This document shows, piece after piece, positions 61,016 through 64,000 of a stretch of DNA of 64,000 nucleotides (position 1 is the stretch's first letter; the number at the start of each line of letters is the position of its first letter). Both the position numbers and the translations under genes were made by a program. The notes beneath the pieces were generated by a model, which was not told the origin of the DNA, made no database searches, and was given only the letters and a program-made list of their open reading frames with translations. The stretch is from an uncultured bacterium. Its GTDB lineage: Bacteria > Chloroflexota > UBA5177 > JANWHV01. The stretch is taken from contig CAWHAE010000014.1 of NCBI GenBank assembly GCA_963827235.1, positions 32,001 through 96,000 on the forward strand, in the 5' to 3' direction.

Positions 61016-64000
61016 GGCTTCCCAGTAGTATTCGCCGAAAAAACAACGGATAGAGCGCTGGCCATGGGCACGGGTGACGTGCGCAGATTAGTTCCGTGGC
61101 GACACGAGTGTTCTCGGAGGAGGAGCTGGAGCGTCTTCGGGGCTTTCCGGAGATCAGTGGTGAGGCGCTGCTGCGGTTCTTTACCCTTACTCCAGCAGAG
61201 GTGGAGTTCATCGCTCCGGGCCGGGGTCGCGGTCCGGCGGACCGCCTGGGTCTGGCTATTCAGCTGTGCACGCTCCCTTGGTTGGGGTTTGTCCCGGACG
61301 ATGTCGGCGCGGCTCCGACGGCTGCGGTCGCCCGGCTGTCGGAAAGGTTGGCTATCCCGATAGGGGAGCTGCGCTTCTATGGCCACCGGGAGCAGACACG
61401 TACGGACCATCTTGGGATGGTGGCGCGCTATCTGGGTTGGCGGCAGGCGGGACCGTTGGAGCTGGCGGCGTTGGATGAGGTCCTCTTGGCCAGAGCGATG
61501 GAGCACGATTCGCCCACCCTCCTGTTCCGTCTGGCAGGTGAGCAGCTGATCTCCTCCCACGTGATCCGACGTGGTGTCGTCACCTTGGTCGGGCGCGTGG
61601 CCAAGGCGCGCGCGGCGGCGAGCTGGGAGACCTTCGATCGCGTTGCCCATCTGCTCACGCGTAAGCGGCAGGAGGAACTGGACGCGCTGCTCGTGGTCGA
61701 TGCCGCAATTGGTACCACCCGCCTGGCCTGGTTGGGCAGGGGTCCGACTGAAGCGTCCGCTGCAGCCGTGAAGGCGGAACTCGGCAAGTTGCGGTACCTG
61801 CGCAGTCTGGACGCCCACACGCTCGATCTGTCGACGTTGCCAGCCGCACGCCGCCGCTTCCTCGCCGCTGTGGGTCGGCGACTGAGCGCACAAGCGTTGG
61901 CACGGCGGGAGCCGGAGCGCCGGCATCCGATCCTGCTGCTGCTGGCCCAATCGGCCAGCGACGTGTTGGACGAGGTGATCCAGCTGTTTGAACCAGGCAC
62001 TGTCGGCCGAGAGAGCCTGGCGCGCCACCGGATGATCGAGCAATTGGCCGAACGCGCTAAGTCTGGTGAGGACTGCCAGGCGCTGCTCGATGACATCCTG
62101 GCGATCGTGACCGACCCCGCGATCCCCGACGAAGCGATCGGGGCGCTGATCCGAGGCGATCGGATCGGGTGGGAACGGCTGACGGTGGCGGTCGCAATGG
62201 CACCCGCGCGGTTACCCCGCGATCACCGTCACCTGGCGCGGGTAGCTACCTCCTACCTGTACTTACGCCAGTTCTCACCAGGGTGATCGACGCCATCGAC
62301 TTCGTGGGGAGCAGCACGGCGCAGCCATTGATTGCAGCGCTGAGCATCCTGCGGGAACTGAACGCGACCGGGGCGCGCAAGGTGCCCAAAGGGGCACCGA
62401 CTGACTTCGTCCCCACCCGCTGGCGGGGGTACCTGGAGCAGGCCGCCACAGCGGGGAACCCGACCGCCTATCGGCATTACTGGGAGTTGACCGTGTTGCT
62501 CGCCTTGCGGGACGGGCTTCGCTCCGGGGATGTGTCCGTTCCAGGCTCCCGACGCTATGAGAATCCGACCGCCTACTTGATCGCCCCCGCTACGTGGGAA
62601 AGCCAACGGGCGACGTTCTGCCAGTTGGTGGGAAAGCCCGCCACCGCATACCTCGCGCTGCAGCAGGCCGACGCGGAGCTACGGACTGCCCTGGCAGCGT
62701 TGGAGCGGGTGCTGGCTTCGGGAGCGGGTCCGATCCGTGTGGCTCAGGACGGCGACCTTGTCATCCCACCGCTTTCCGCCGAGGACATCCCCGCTGCGGT
62801 GCAGGCGTTAAAAGCGGAACTGGCCGAGATGCTCCCCCATGCGCCGATTGTCTCGCTGCTCATCGAACTGGACCGGCGCACTGGCTTCCTGGACTGCTTC
62901 ACCCACGCAGGAGGCAAGCAGTCCAGGAGTCCCGAGCTCACGCGCAACCTGATCGCGGTCCTGGTTGCCAGCGCAACCAACCTCGGTCTGGTCCGGATGG
63001 CGGAGTCCTGTGGCATCTCCTACGAGGTGCTGGCCTGGACTGCGGAGTGGTATGTGCGAGAAGAGACGCTGCGGGCGGCGAACCTGGTAATCGTGAGCTA
63101 TCACCAACGGCTGCCGCTCGCCCGGGTCTTCGGCGGTGGCACCCTGTCCAGCTCGGACGGTCAGCGCTTCCCGACCAAGGGTAAGTCGCTGACCGCGCGC
63201 GCCCTGTCACGCTATTTCGCTGACGAGGGGCTGAGCACCTATACCCACGTGACTGACCAGCACGCGACGTACGGGACCAAGGTCATTGTGGCCACCGACC
63301 GCGAGGCGCATTATGTCGTGGACGATGCTCGGCAACGCCACCGACCTGCCCATCACCGAGCACGCCACCGACACCCACGGGGTGACCCTGGTCAACTTCG
63401 CCTTGTTCGATCTCGTCGGCCTCCAACTTTCGCCCCGCATTCGCGACCTGGGCAAGATCACCCTGTACCGGACTGGCCCAAGAGCCGCCTTCGAGGAGAC
63501 CTATCCCACTGCGGAGATATTGCTGACGCGACGGCTGAACACCGCGCTGATCGCCGAACACTGGGACGACCTGCTCCGGTTGGGCGGCTCGCTCAAATTC
63601 GGGCACGCCACTGCATCCTTGATCGTCGGCAAGCTCTCTCGCTCGGATCGCCAGCAGAATGCGGTCGCTGCCGCGCTCAAGGAGTACGGGGCGCTGCGCC
63701 GTACTATCTTCACAGCGCGCTACCTGACCGACGAGGCCTACCGGCGGAAGATCACCCGGCAACTCAACAAGGGCGAGAGCATCCATGCGCTACGCCGAGC
63801 ACTGCACTATGCGCACCAGGAAGCGGTCCGTCAGCGGCACCTGGAGCAGCAGACCGAGCAGGCCTGGTGCCTGACCCTGGCCACCAACGCCGTCGTGACC
63901 TGGACCACGGAGTACTATGGCCTGGCGGTGGCGGCGATGCGGGGGCAGGGGCGGCGGGTGGACGACGAGGCGCTGGCCCACATCTCCCCCGCGCACACCG
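61016..64000 (+). mobile_element. tnpA: Tn3-family element: degenerate left end plus frameshifted transposase (CDS from 61096, runs off window)
   Basis: N-terminus RLGLAIQLCTLPWLGF (DUF4158-like); SSSDGQRF, TDTHG, QLNKGE DDE motifs; frame breaks at ~62280 and ~63325. Confidence 0.9.

Noticed and set aside
2340-63950. KOPS-like GGGNAGGG polarity around the dif-like site
   Set aside because: Too few hits noticed, some inside the transposon; cannot be counted reliably by eye
1-64000. CRISPR array, rRNA, tmRNA, RNase P, SRP RNA
   Set aside because: No regularly spaced repeats or diagnostic motifs found by eye

Overview
GC-rich bacterial chromosome segment. It is most consistent with Chloroflexota or a related Terrabacteria lineage (inference from nusA lacking rimP, a short EF-Ts, an HslV propeptide and Firmicutes-like gene order). 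The left ~24 kb is accessory and metabolic: MFS exporter, DmpA peptidase, hydrolase-like protein, SWIM protein, nucleotidyltransferase, HtrA, LacI-controlled sugar ABC plus GH4 glycosidase, dipeptidase plus peptide ABC, and GT87. It ends at tRNA-Leu(GAG). 24.7-60.3 kb is core genome: nusA-ylxR-infB-rbfA-nrnA-truB-ribF, rnc, coaBC, rpmE-prfA-prmC, argF, hemW, rdgB-rsmA-pth-mfd-xerC-hslVU, rpsB-tsf-pyrH-frr-uppS-cdsA-dxr-rseP. A 28-bp dif-like XerC/D site at 60301-60328 sits where core genes give way to a ferredoxin fragment and a degraded Tn3 transposase. Other leads: a Xer-like recombinase coupled to rnc with substituted catalytic residues, a stand-alone SWIM gene behind a LexA-like box, a RibF with a degenerate kinase half, and a ~450-nt structured leader. 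The many single-base indels in essential genes look like long-read errors. No CRISPR array or rRNA was seen. All family calls are from motif recognition; no database search was run.
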